NCBI GenBank assembly: GCA_038087875.1
Contig: CM075998.1
Coordinates: 3,536,001 to 3,600,000, forward strand
Reading direction: 5' to 3'
DNA: 64,000 nucleotides
DNA from: Malacoraja senta
Lineage: Eukaryota
This document shows positions 24,967 to 37,768 of the stretch, one piece after another. Within the stretch, counting starts at the first letter, position 1; the number at the start of each line of letters is the position of its first letter. The notes beneath the pieces were generated by a model. It saw only the letters and a program-made list of their open reading frames with translations, did not search any database and had not been told where the DNA came from. A program made the translations under genes and the position numbers.

Positions 24967-27900
24967 TGTAGATTGATGATGCATGTGAATCAATCACACT
25001 TAGCCAGCATCACTAACTCCACCCCATTATAACATTTATACTAACGCCCATTCCTTAGTTGAAGCAGCTAGGATGTACTGACAACACCTCGTTTTGTAAT
25101 GCTGCCAAGTTACTGTGCTGATTAAAGATGTGTGTAAATCTTATACAGTCTGAAGTGATTTACATGGCGTCAGAAATGGTCTTATCCACTCCTCTTGTAT
25201 AACGGTTTTTATTTTATCTTTTGTGAGTTTTGCTTTACTATACGATGGCTACTTCTTGTCGGAAGCCTGAGCCTCTTGTCTTTGATGCCGATATCAGCGA
25301 ACGCTGGGCCACGTTTGAACATTGAACACCGAAATGAACCAGATGCTGTCAAGGCCTCTCTCTTGCTCAACCTTGTGGGACCAGGTGCCCTTCGTCGATC
25401 CAGAACATTCCGTTATGCTCCAGCTATCCGTGATGCCAATGACCAGGTAATTACACGGGCGGAGTCTCCTACTGACCCTAATGTTTTGCTGTGTAAACTA
25501 GGCCAGATCTGTGACCTGCCTTCAAATCACATTTTGGACAGGGCAAGATTTTTCTCTCGTCGTCAACTTCCCGGGGAACGAGTTGACTCATTTATTTCTT
25601 CTTTGATGTATCTAGCCCAACGTTGCCGATTTCAGGAAATGCGTTGGATCAGTTGACTGATCAGTTAACGAGGGATATTTTAGTGAATGGTATCACCGAT
25701 CAAAAGCTCAGATCAGAGCTCCTGAGACGGCCAGAGTTATCACTCGAGGAAGCGGTGCACGCATGTAGAACAGCTGAACTTGTCGATCCCATGGACATTT
25801 CGCATGAAAGCAATACCATCAATCTGACGGGCCTCACTAGGCAGCGGACATACACAGATAACAGCCGATTTATGACCCAAGCTAGCCAGGCAGCTCTCAG
25901 CGGTCCTCCCCAGAAATGTCCTAACTGCAGCTATCTACACAACAGGCAATCCACCTGCCCCGCCCTCGGGAAGGCTTGTAATTACTGCAAAAAGCTAAAT
26001 CACTTTGCCTCAGTCTGTCGGGCTGCAATCAGGGCCCGAGGAAAGAATGCGCCCAGTCCCAAGTCTAATCTCAATTTTTTGCAACCAGACGGCAACATAC
26101 TGACTCCCCATTTCCAGCTCGAAGCCGCCCCCGAATATATTCCAATTAACTCGCAAGACGACCCGACTGTTTACACGTTACAGCATGCTGCTGCCAAGAA
26201 CTCTGATCCTACAGTGACGATATCTGTAAACAATGTTGGTTTTGGCACGAAATTGGATACGGGCGCGAAGGTCAACACAATGTCAATCAACCTCTTTAAC
26301 AAGATTAGAGCTAACGAGCCACTTGTCAAGGACGCGTCCACTTTACATGCTTTTGGAGGGGAGGTGCTGGTTCCCCTGGGCAAAACCAACTTGAAATGTG
26401 TACTGAAGAAAACAACGAGGGAATTGACCTTCTATGTGTTGAACTTTAATTCAGTTACTCTGCTTGGCAATCGTGCCTGTCAGGAACTGGGGCTGATTTC
26501 CTTTGATAAAACTGTCCACAAACTGCAAGTTTCTTTTGATCCACTGAATGAATTCCCTGGTCTCTTCGACAACAACCTAGGCAAGTTGCCTGTGTCCTAC
26601 AAGATTATTACTGACCCCGATGTGACACCCGTAATCCGAGCCCCGCAGATTGTCATTTGCCATGACTGACAGGGTTCACTCTATGCTGAAGGACATGGTC
26701 TCCAAAGGCGTAATTGAAGCTGTCAGTGACCCCACCGACTGGGTCTCAACCATGATTGCCACAGTCAAGAAGGGAAAGGATGAAATCCGCCTGTGCATTA
26801 ATCCAAAAGACCTGAACACTGCCATTAAGCAAGCGCCCACACCATCCCATGAAGACAGTAGAGGATGTTGCGGCAAAGATCGGAACGGCCACCCTATTTT
26901 CTGTCCCAGATGCAAACAACTCATTCGGGCAGATACCGCTGGACAAGAGGTCATCAAACCTCACCACATTTGCCACCCCATTCGGCAGATATAAGTTTTT
27001 GAGAATGCCATTCGGGATCAACTCCGCCAGTGAAATCTTCCAAAGAACTATGGAGCAATTATTCGAGGATCTGCCTTGTGCCATTATTGTCGATGATATC
27101 CTTGTCTATGGCAAAGACGCGGCGGAACATGACCACAATCTCAGGCTCATCTTGGAGCGTGCTGTCAAGATCAACCTCAAGCTCAATCCTGACAAGTGCA
27201 AGTTCAGGGTTCCAGTGGTCTCCTACGTCGGCCACATCTTCACTCCTGATGGCCTCAAACCCGATCCGAAGAAAACTACTGCCATCACAGAAATGCCTGT
27301 ACCCACTGACGTGAAAGGCCTGCAACGTTTCCTGGGCATGGTAAACTATCTCGGAAAGTTCATACCAAACCTCAGCGAACTAAGCTCCACACTGCGGCAG
27401 CTGACCATAAAGGACACTGCATGGTCATGGTTCCAGCAACATCAGGATGCCTTTGATGTTCTAAAATCCAAACTGACCAGTGCACCGACCCTGACTTTTT
27501 TCGTCCTGAAACGTCCGGTGGTGATCACCTGCGATGCCTCGAAATTCGGGCTCGGCGCAGCCTGCCTGCAACCGTCTGATGATGGTACCCTACTACCCGT
27601 CGCGTATGCCTCTCGCACCATGACCGACACGGAGCAGCACTACGCGCAAATCGAAAAGGAACTGCTGGCGGTCGTCTTTGCCTGCTCCAAATTCCACGAC
27701 TTCGTCTATGGCAACACGTTCACGGTTGAGACGGACCACCAACCACTGGTGACAATCCTGAACAAGCCTATCCATGCCGCTCCAGCTCGCTTGCAGCGCA
27801 TGATGATGCAGCTGCAGCGGTACGACTTCTCTATTACCTACACAAAGGGTAAGGACATGCATGTCGCTGACACACTCTCTCGTGCTCCTCGAGCATCTTG

Positions 27901-29613
27901 CGAACAACACCCGCATGAACGGGAGAATTTCACGGTTCTCGGTGTCGGTCTAGTCTCCAGCAAGCAACTGCGCACCCTGGCCGCGCACACTGCTAATGAT
28001 GATACGCTTCAAGCCCTCTCATCCATCATCAAAACAGGCTGGCCAGACAAACAATCCAACACGCCCACAGAGGTGCAGCCGTACTTCTTGGTCCGTGATG
28101 AACTGGTGGTTCAGGATGGTGTGGTCGTTAAGGGTCACAAGGTAGTGGTACCTTCATCGCTACAAGACGAATACTTCAAAGTGGTACACAGCGGTCACCC
28201 AGGAGCCGACTCCACACTGGCACGCGCCCGGGATCTGTTCTACTGGCCCGGAATGGCCACATACATCCGGGACCGCGTAGCCTCCTGCCCCACTTGCAAC
28301 AATCTTGCACCTCATCAGCAGCGGCAACCCCTTCTGCAACAACCTCCACCAGCACTGCCTTGGTCGTCGCTGGCTGCGGACATTTTCGAATGGTGCGGTA
28401 AGCACTACCTCGTTCTGGTCGACTCATTTTCCAACTGGTTTGAACTTGACCAACTGACCTCCCTCACGTCTGAGATGGTCATCAAGAAGCTGAAAAGACA
28501 ATTCTCAGCCTATGGCGCTCCTGTCATTCTGAGAACCGACAACGGTCCACAGTTCACCAGCCACTTGTTCAAGCTTTTCGCAGACCGATGGAACTTCCAG
28601 CGCGTCACAAGCAGTCCCGAGTATCCACAGAGTAATGGACTCGCTGAACGCGCTGTCAGAAGCGCCAAGCACTTCCTGGAGGGAGCGCGCATTTCAAAGT
28701 CAGACGTCTATCTCGATCTCCTGAATCTCAGAAACATCGCAAGGGACGGAACCTTGGGGTCACCAGCACAGCGGCTGCTGTCGAGGGTGACGAGGTCTCC
28801 GGTCCCCATCGCACAACAGCAGCTGGTTCCTCGGGTGTTGAAGCCCGCCACTATCCAGCAACGTCTCCAAGAGAAGCACGACATCCAGAAACGGTCACAC
28901 GACAGTTCCAGCAGACCACTCCAGCCTCTACTGCCGGGCCAGGTCGTCCGTCTACGAACTCCAACTGGACATTCTCGTCTGGGCGTTGTTGTACGCCCGA
29001 CTGATGAGCCGCGATCGTACCTTGTGGACTGTGAGGGAGCGGTATACCGGAGAAGTCGACAACACCTGCTTGCTGTGAAGGAGCCCCGACCGCCGCCTGC
29101 TGATCCCTATGCTCCGCCGCTCCAGTTCCATCCACCTTTCGCAATGTCTCCCGCCCGTCCCCGCATGCCTGGCACTCCCCCACGTCCCTCTGTCTCCACT
29201 AACCACGGGGTTACACCCACCGCATGTTTCCCCCCTCGGTCACCACAATCCTCTCCCGTGCGATTTTCACCTTCAGCCTCTCCGCCTAATCCTTCAGTTG
29301 AGGGAGGGGATGGTTGGGTCCGCACGCGCTCGGGCCGTGTTAGTAGACCACCAGACAGGTATGGCGAGTATGTTTAATACACTTCCTTTCCACATTTAAT
29401 CTTTAGGGGGAAGGATGTAGATTGATGATGCATGTGAATCAATCACACTTAGCCAGCATCACTAACTCCACCCCATTATAACATTTATACTAATGCCCAT
29501 TCCTTGGTTGAAGCAGCTAGGATGTACTGACAACACCTCGTTTTGTAATGCTGCCAAGTTACTGTGCTGATTAAAGATGTGTGTAAATCTTATACAGTTT
29601 GAAGTGATTTACA
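24967..29613 (+). mobile_element. Full-length Ty3/Gypsy (Mag-like) LTR retrotransposon
   Basis: 198-bp LTRs at 24967-25164 and 29416-29613 (TGTA..TACA, 3 differences); TSD ACCAC; PBS TGGCGTCAGAA at 25165 (tRNA-Leu-like); PPT AGGGGGAAGGA at 29405-29415. Confidence 0.97.
25245..29377 (+). pseudogene. Frameshifted gag-pol: Gag with double Cys/His knuckle, protease (LDTGA), RT (IVDD), RNase H (DAS), integrase (HHCC, DDE)
   Basis: MATSCRKPEP start at 25245; frame changes near 25320, 25640, 26645 and 26830; 842-aa open segment 26849-29377. Confidence 0.92.
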
Positions 29614-30180
29614 ACCACACCTGGAGTATTGGGTGCAGTTTTGGTCTCCTAATTTGAGGAAGGACATTGTTGCTATTGAGGGGGTGCAGCGTTGGTTTAC
29701 AAGGTTAATTCCCGGATGGCGGGACTGTCATATGCTGAGAGAATGGAGCAGCTGGGCTTGTATACTCTGGCGTTTAGAAGGATGAGAGGATATCTTATTG
29801 AAACATATAAGATTATTAAGGGTTTAGACACGCTAGAGGCAGGAAGCATGTTCCCGATGTTGGGGGAGTCCAGAACCAGGGGCCACAGTTTAAGAATAAG
29901 GGGTAAGCCATTTAGAATGGAGATGAGGAAACACTTTTTCACACAGAGAGTGGTGAATCTGTGGAATTCTCTGCCTCAGAAGGCAGTGGAGGCCAATTCT
30001 CTGGATACTTTCAAGAGAGAGTTAGATAGAGCTCTTAAAGATAGCGGAATCCGGGGATATGGGGAGAAGGCAGGAACGGGGTACTGATTGGGGATGATCA
30101 GCCATGATCACATTGAATGGCGGTGCTGGCTCGAAGGGCTGAATGGCCTACTCCTGCACCTATTGTCTATTGTCTATTGT

Positions 30181-31118
30181 TCAAAAAGGGAATGGGGCAA
30201 AAGATAGGAAACTATTGGCCAGTTAGTCTGCCTTCTGTGGTTGGTAAGATTTTGCTCAGGTTGGTAAGTGTCCATTACTAAGGTTGACGTTTCCGAGTAC
30301 CAAGAAGCACATGTTTAAAATCGGCCGAAGTCAGCATGGTTTTGTGAAGGGGAGATCTTGTCTAAGAAATCATTTGGAATTCTTTGAGGACGTTAATAGA
30401 CAAAGAAGAGTTAGTGGACGTAGTTTACTTTGATTTTCAGAAGGCTTTTGATGAAGTGCCACATGTAAAGGGGCTGTCCCACTTGGGCGACTTAATTGGC
30501 GAGTTTAGAAGAGTTTGAAAAAATGTCATGTTGAAGACCTCCTTCAACTATGTAGAAGACCTCCTTCAACTATGTTGAAGACTAGCTTCGACTAGCTACG
30601 ACTAGCTACGACTAACTTCGGGAAAATTGGACACCGAATAGTGGAGAGTGAAGACGACCTCCTTCGATCTCCTTCGACCTCCCTTCGACTATGATGAAGA
30701 CTATCTACGACTACCTTCGACTACCCACGATTACCTACGACTAACATGCCGACCTACTACGACCTACTACGACTAAACCTACGAGTAAAAAAAAAAAAGA
30801 TTTTTTTCCATGGCGACCTTTTTTTACTCGCGGGCATTTTTTAACATATTGAAAAAAACGCCGCGACCTAGCTGAGGCCTCGAGTACGCGGGGACCACTC
30901 TCGAGCATGAAGGAGAGTTGCGAAGACCTCCTACGACCTCGTGTTGACCATGCTGCGAGCATGAGTCGAGGGCAAACTCGCCAGAACTCGCGGATTAGGT
31001 CGCCCAAGCTGAGAATCCATCGTGTTGTAGGGAAGATACTAGCGTGGATAGAATGGCTGAATGGTACAAACGGCAGAGTGGGAATAAAGGGGGCTTTTTC
31101 TGGTTGGGTACTGGTGAC
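30181..31118 (+). mobile_element. Older degraded CR1 RT fragment interrupted by a MITE
   Basis: NY.PVSL.SVVGKIL..SQHGFVKGRSCL..EFFE..VDVVYFDFQKAFDEVPH. Confidence 0.8.
30469..31008. mobile_element. Harbinger-like MITE, right TIR truncated, with CGAC(C)T-rich micro-repeats
   Basis: Left TIR AGGGGCTGTCCCACTTGGGCGAC; right remnant GTCGCCCAAG. Confidence 0.75.
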
Positions 31119-31788
31119 TGGCCAATTAACCTACAAACCTGCACGTCTTTGAGATGTGGGAGAACCTGGAGCATTTGCAGGAAACCCAACGCAGTCACAG
31201 GGAGAATTGTAGGGAAAGGGGAGATATATATATCAGGCCATAATTCATCACATGAGTGCCAACTATGGCAGCTGCAGTTCAAAGCGCCCAAATATGAGGC
31301 CATTCACTCGTGGTCTGAAACAGCGACTCTACATGTTTTCTAAGTAGTTATATAATTAGTAAGTGAGGAGGGGCGTTTGCAGGAATTGCCAGCGAACAAG
31401 TTCAATGAATGATTAAAGAAGGTGTAGGAATGTTGGGCTGGAATGAAGAGTGAGCTTGTGTTACATAAACCCTTGATTCGACTTCTGTCAGGATTTACCA
31501 CATTCACTTCTGGGCCTTCTGCTCTGTCTGAAGTGATTGCTGGATGTCCTGATTGATATTCTTATAGATCTTCATTGGCAGTGAACCAATTCAAACTGTC
31601 CCAAGCTTGTGGAACATGCTTAAGAAATGCAAGTTTTTTTTTCAAAAGAAGAAAAAAAAAATCATTGAAATGGGTTGGAAAGTACAGAGTGTACTTTCCA
31701 TTGTTTGGGAAAAAATCTCCACGAATGAATGAGGGAACAGATTGTATATTTTTAACGATGGAGATCTGGCCAATATATCCGCCATTGT

Positions 31789-32104
31789 GGGCGGTCACGG
31801 TGGCGCAGCGGTAGAGTTGCTGCCTCACAGCGCCAGAGACCCGGGTTCGATCCCGACTACGGGTGCTGTCTGTACGGAGATTGTACGTTCTCACCGTGAC
31901 CTGCGTGGGTTTCCTCCGAGATCTCCGGTTTCCTCCCACACTCCAAAGACGTACAGGAATGTAGGTTAATTGGCTTGGTGTAAAAGGTAAAATTGTCCCT
32001 AGTGTGTGTAGGATAGTGTTAATCGCTGGTCGGCGCGGACTCGGTGGGCCGAAGGGCCTGTTCCCACGCTGTATCTCTCTAAACTAAACTAAACTAAACT
32101 AAAC
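31789..32104 (+). mobile_element. Full-length HE1-like tRNA-derived (V-type) SINE
   Basis: A box TGGCGCAGCGG (31801), B box GGTTCGATCCC (31844), conserved core, CR1-like GGGCCGAAGGGCCTGTT end, (AAACT)n tail. Confidence 0.92.
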
Positions 32105-32160
32105 AGAAAATCTTTTAAAATCTCTGTCTCAGAATCAGCTATTTCTGCCTGCCATCCATC

Positions 32161-32487
32161 TTTTAGTTTAGTTTAGAGATACAGCGCGGAAACAGGCCCT
32201 TCGGCCCACCGAGTCCGCGCCGACCAGCGATCAACCATACACGAACACTACCCTGCACACGAGGGACAATTTACAATCTTTACTGAAGCCAATTAACTGA
32301 AGTCAACGAACCTACGAACCTGCACGTCTTTGGAGTGTGGGACGAAACCCGAGCACCCGGAGAAAACCCACGCGGGTCACGGGGAGAACGAACAAACTCC
32401 GTACAGACAGCGACCCGTAGTCAGGATGGAACCCGGGTCTCTGGCGCTGTGAGGCAGCAACTCTACCGCTGCGCAGCCCTGCCGCCC
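32161..32487 (-). mobile_element. HE1-like SINE, tail-to-tail with the previous copy
   Basis: Reverse complement of the same consensus. Confidence 0.88.
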
Positions 32488-32802
32488 ATCTGTTGTTTCA
32501 CTTGACTTTTCTCTCTCTGTTGGTACAGTCTGACCTGTTGTTCTGAAGAAGGGTCTCGACCTGAAACATCACCCATACCTTCTCTCCAGAGATGATGCCT
32601 GTCCCGCTGAGTTACTCCAGCACTTTGTGTCTATCTGCTGGTCAAACTATTGGCAACACTCAACACAGGCAAAGAAGAATATTGTGCTTGCATCTGCTCC
32701 CATGAACTCATTTGGTCTTACCCCATCAGAGATATTCCCTTTGTCCTATGCGTCCCTGACCCACCTCCTCCGCTACTGAAAACTGACTTGTATTCTCTCC
32801 TG

Positions 32803-33362
32803 CGTAGGAAGGAACTACAGATGTTGGTTTAAATCGAAGGTAGACACAAAATACTGGAGTGACTCAGCGGGACAGGCAGCATCTCTGGAGAGAAGGAATG
32901 GGTGACGCAGACTGGGCGATCGTTTCACGGAACACCTTCGCTCAGTCCGCCTGAACCAACCTGATCTCCCGGTTGCCAAACACTTTAATTCTCCTTCCCA
33001 TTCCCACACTGACCTTTCTGTCCTCGGCCTCCTCCATTGTCAGAGTGAGGCTAAACGCAAATTGGAGGAACAGCATCTCATATTTCGCTCGGGCAGCTTA
33101 CAGCCCAGTGGTATGAATATTGATTTCTCTCACTTCAGGTAACCCCGGCATTCCCTCTCTCTCTATCCCTCCCCCACCCAAGTCGCACCAGCTTCTCGTT
33201 CTCACCCAACAAACAGCTAACAATGGCCTGTTTCCTTTATCATCGTTACTATTTTGCATATCTTTCATTCATTGTTCTTTATCTCTCCGCATCACCGTCT
33301 ATATCTCTTGTTTCCCTTTTCCCTAACCAGTCTGAAGAAGGGTCTCGATCCGATACGTCACC
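32803..33362 (+). mobile_element. Penelope 3' fragment with an inverted 5' terminal repeat
   Basis: RLGDRFTEHLRSV..NQPDLPVAKHFNSP..RKLEEQHLIFR; inverted terminal repeat at 32803-32907. Confidence 0.85.
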
Positions 33363-33918
33363 TGGAGTAGTGTGTGCAGTTTTGGTCCCCTAATTTGAGG
33401 AAGGACATTCTAGCTATTGAGGGAGTGCAGCTTAGGTTTACAAGGTTAATTCCCGGGATGGCGGGACCGTCATATGCTGAGAGAATGGAGCGGCTGGGCT
33501 TGTACACTCTGGAGGTTGGAAGGATGAGAGGATATCTCATTGAAACATACAAGATTGTTAAGGGCTTGGACACGCTGGAGGCAGGAAACATGTTCCTGAT
33601 GTTGGGGGAGTCCAGAACCAGGGGCCACACAGTTTAAGAATAAGGAGTAAGCCATTTAGAACGGAGACGAGGAAACACTTTTTTCTCACAGAGAGTGGTG
33701 AGTCTGTGGGATTCTCTGCCTCAGAGGGTGGTGGAGGCAGGTTCTCTGGATGCTTTCAAGAGAGAGCTAGATAGGGCTCTTAAAAATAGCAGACTCAGGG
33801 GATATGGGGAGAAGGCAGGAACGGGGTACTGATTGGCGTTGATCAGCCATGATCACATTGAATGGCGGTGCTGGCTCGAAGGGCCGAATGGCCTACTCCT
33901 GCACCTATTGTCTATTGT
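33358..33918 (+). mobile_element. CR1 LINE 3' end
   Basis: HLE.CVQFWSPNLRKDIL...; 3'UTR and tail. Confidence 0.9.
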
Positions 33919-34692
33919 CACCCGTTCCTTCTCTCCAGAGACGCTGCCTGTCCCGTTGAGTTACTCCAGCTTTTTGTGTCGATCTTCGGTTTAAACCAGC
34001 ATCTGCAGTTCCTTCCCACACAGATAGGTGATGGTCGTGGCATCATATTCGGAACAGACATTGTGGGCCGAAGGGCCTGTTCTATGTTGATCATTCAACC
34101 CCAGTGTGGCAGCAGTCAGTACAGGAGGTCTATTGCATAAAGGTAGGCTGAAAGGGAAGGCGGCAGGTGTTAGGAGCCTTTGATCTTTCCACCATGCACC
34201 GTTTATGCCAAAGCTTTGATAAATAAAAGGAGAATATTACATGCCATTTGCTTTCCAATCCTGTTGTGACCCATCCTGCGCAGAATGGCAAAGAGACCCT
34301 CTTCAAAGTATGAATGGGTTTCGAGTTTAAACAAGGCATCGGATCAAGCGATCAAATAGATTTGATTTTGTTTTTTAAGTTATTCTGTTTCCTTTCAAGT
34401 GAAAATAAAGTGAGATGAGTCACGTCAGGGCCATGGGTGCATGGCTGTTGACCAATCCTTCACAAAGGGAGAACATTGCTTTGAAACTTGAAACCATTGA
34501 AAGGCACACCACTGGTATCCTCCTCGCTCTGACAAAGACCGGCTTCCCTGCTGACTGAGGGTGGGGCGGGGAGAGTGGCGACGGGACCGTTGACCTTTCA
34601 GGCCACGTCCCAGCATCAGGAATTCTTTCTCCCTCCGCAGATGCTGCTCGACCCGCCGAGTTCCTCCAGCAGATTGTCCCCTGCTCTTCTAT

Positions 34693-34832
34693 TTCTTCTT
34701 CTTGCGTATGGCGTGCACAGCCTAAAGTTGTAGGGCAACTTGTTCTGTTTGATCTTACTTGATTGTGCACGCCAGGTTGATTGCATTCGTCGAAACAGGG
34801 CGGACTACGGGAAGGTTGCAATCTCCCACCCC
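34693..34832 (-). mobile_element. Short ribozyme-headed retroposon, copy 1 (partly degenerate)
   Basis: Few substitutions relative to 57031-57173; same 5' end; GCCATACGC(AAG)n 3' end. Confidence 0.85.
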
Positions 34833-35043
34833 ATCCCCGCCCGCCCCCCCCCCCCCCATCCCCCCCCCTGCTCCAGACACCAGCATCCGCAGTCTCGCAA
34901 AGTCTACAGAGGCAAAGTCTTGCCCCTATCTTGCCAAGGCAGGTGGCCCTGCCACGTCAAAGGGTCACCTTAGCAAATGAGTTATTCTGCCTGCGTTGGC
35001 ATAACCACGGGCAGTGCCACCCTAGTAAGGGTTTGCTGTGCCC

Positions 35044-35175
35044 TCCCATCCCGTCCCGTCAAATCCTGTCCCGTCTCATCCCATCCCCTCTTCTTGCGTT
35101 CCCGTCCCTTCCCATCCAGTCCCGTCCCGTCCCTTCCCATCCAGTCCCATCCCATCTCCTCCCGTCCAGTCCTAT
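35044..35175. repeat. (TCCCR)n low-complexity repeat
   Basis: Read directly. Confidence 0.85.
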
Positions 35176-37003
35176 CCAGCGGTGGAGGGCAGCGCTGGGG
35201 TGCAGTAGTTGACCCAGTGTTGCCTACCTCATATCACATCCTCAGCTGTGACAGGGGCTTCAACCCGTGTAACCCTAGTGGCCGCAGCGCTTGGCCCGCT
35301 TATAGCCCAGCGGTATGAATATTGATTTCTCTAATTTCAAGTAAGCCCTGCATTCCCTCTCTCTCTCTCCCTGTCCCTCCGCCACCCCAGTCGTCCTGCC
35401 AGTTATCACCTCTTCCACAGCCAACAATGGACCATTGTGGGCTCCACCTTTCCTTGGTCATCGGTGCCGGCTATGATCTGTTCTGTACCTTTTCATACCT
35501 CTAGTTTCCCTCTCCCCTGACTGAGTCTGAAGGATTCGACCCAAAACGTCACGGGTTATTGATTAGGGACGATCAGCCATGATCGCAATGAATGGCGGTG
35601 CTGGCTCGAAGGGCCGAATGGCCTCCTCCTGCACCTATTTTCGATGTTTCCATGTCACCCATTGCTTTTCTTCAGGGATGCTGCCTGACCTGCTGTGTTA
35701 CTCCAGCATTTTGTTCTATCTTTGGGAAAGACGCTCTTCTGGCCTGGTGTGGGGTTGGCTCTGGGAAGGTCTCCCTCGAATACATGTGAGTCGGTGAGAA
35801 GGACTGAGTAGGGAAGAATGGGAGCAGAGTGGTGGCTGAGTTCAACCCGCAGTGCAGAGTTTGCCCACAAGATGGCAGGCATGACCCTGCAGTGACTTCA
35901 AAATCTCTTTTGTTTCACATGCCTCAAGCTCATCACAGGCGTTTCAATTTAAATCCTGCTGCTGCCACCTTTCACGTGACTTTGACCATCTTGTTTCAGA
36001 ATTCATGTACGTGAGGAATCATGAGGAGGGAGTGACTGGGGTTGTAGTGGAGAAAGTTTAGTTTTGTGAAACAGCATTGAAACAGGCCCTTCGGCCCACC
36101 GAGTCCACACTGACCATCGTTCACACACTAGTTCCATGTTATCCCACAGTGCCAGAGACCCTTCGGCCCACCGAGTCCACACTGACCATCGATCACCCAT
36201 TCACACACTAGTTCTATGTTATCCCACAGTGCCAGAGGCCCTTCGGCCCACCGAGTCCGTGCCGACCAGCGATTCCCGCACACTGTCCCTACACATACAA
36301 GGGGGCAATTTACAGAGGGCCAATTAACCTACAAACCCGCACGTCTTTGGGATGTGGAAGAAAACCAGAGCACCCGGAGAAAACCCACGCGGTCACAGGG
36401 AAAACATGCAAACTCCGTATAGACAGCACCTGTGGTCAGGATGGAACCCGGGTCTCTGGCGCTGTGATTCACACCCACATTCCACCCAAACACATACTCA
36501 CACACCCGTGGGCATGTGAACACGCTTACTCTCACATGCAATCCTCACTGCTGCCACACGCTAATGTTCACACACGCGCACACGCATCCATACTGATACT
36601 CCTATTCACACTCCCACTCTCTCTCTCACACCCACAACCTCATCCACACTTGCATGGACATTCACGCTCGCACTCACTCACGCTTACAAATTCACTTTCA
36701 CCTACAGGTTCACTCTTACACTCACACTTGTACAAACCATTGCACACACACACAGATGTGCACATTCCATCACACATATTCACTCATATTTAGTCCCTGC
36801 ACACTTCCACTCCACACACATTCACGCAAATACACACTCACACTTACTCACATATATTCATACTCTGTGTCATGGCCTCGCACTATCTCACACCTATACT
36901 CACACTCTTTTGCACACACGGGCATTTACTTATACTTCCACATACATATAGAACCAATACACTCACACAACCATTCACACGCTCTCACATTCCCTTAAGA
37001 AGC

Positions 37004-37041
37004 ACACACACGCATGCACACAAGCACATGCACACACACAC

Positions 37042-37097
<56 letters not shown>

Positions 37098-37100
37098 GCA

Positions 37101-37179
<79 letters not shown>
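37004..37179. repeat. (CA)n/(CACG)n microsatellite, preceded by a degenerate CA-rich tract from ~36470
   Basis: Read directly. Confidence 0.97.
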
Positions 37180-37181
<2 letters not shown>

Positions 37182-37240
37182 GTTGATTATGTGTGTAGAA
37201 AGGAACTGCAGATGCCCGTATATACCGAAGATAGGCACAA

Positions 37241-37768
37241 AGTGCTGGAGTAACTCGGCGGGTCAGGCAGCATCTGTGGAGAACATGGATAGGTGACGTT
37301 TCACAGAGTGCTGGAGTAACTCAGCGGGTCAGGCAGCATCTGTGGAGAACATGGATAGGTGACGTTTCACAGAGTGCTGGAGTAACTCAGCGGGTCAGGC
37401 AGCATCTGTGGAGAACATGGATAGGTGACGTTTCGCAGAGTGCTGGAGTAACTCAGCGGGTCAGGCAGCATCTGTGGAGAACATGGATAGGTGACGTTTC
37501 ACAGAGTGCTGGAGTAACTCAGCGGGTCAGGCAGCATCTGTGGAGAACATGGATAGGTGACGTTTCACAGAGTGCTGGAGTAACTCAGCGGGTCAGGCAG
37601 CATCTGTGGAGAACATGGATAGGTGACGTTTCACAGAGTGCTGGAGTAACTCAGCGGGTCAGGCAGCATCTGTGGAGAACATGGATAGGTGACGTTTCAC
37701 AGAGTGCTGGAGTAACTCAGCGGGTCAGGCAGCATCTGTGGAGAACATGGATAGGTGACGTTTCACAG
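37241..37768 (-). repeat. 66-bp tandem array (8 full units plus a run-on ninth) derived from the Penelope terminal repeat
   Basis: Unit AGTGCTGGAGTAACTCAGCGGGTCAGGCAGCATCTGTGGAGAACATGGATAGGTGACGTTTCACAG. Confidence 0.95.

Larger units (their letters stand above)
24582..30180 (+). mobile_element. CR1 LINE (RT FADD motif to tail) split by the Gypsy insertion
   Basis: KFADDTKLGG...LYRALVRP|HLEY.VQFWSP continues after 29618; (ATTGTCT)n tail. Confidence 0.92.

Noticed and set aside
27059..29325. Antisense ORFs inside the Gypsy pol
   Set aside because: Shadow frames of GC-rich coding sequence
31789..31870. tRNA-like sequence with A/B boxes
   Set aside because: SINE head continuing into the SINE core, not a tRNA gene
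36347..37253. His/Thr-rich and Cys/Val-rich ORFs
   Set aside because: Translations of the CA microsatellite
37241..37768. CRISPR-like 66-bp periodic array
   Set aside because: Units are identical along their whole length, with no variable spacers
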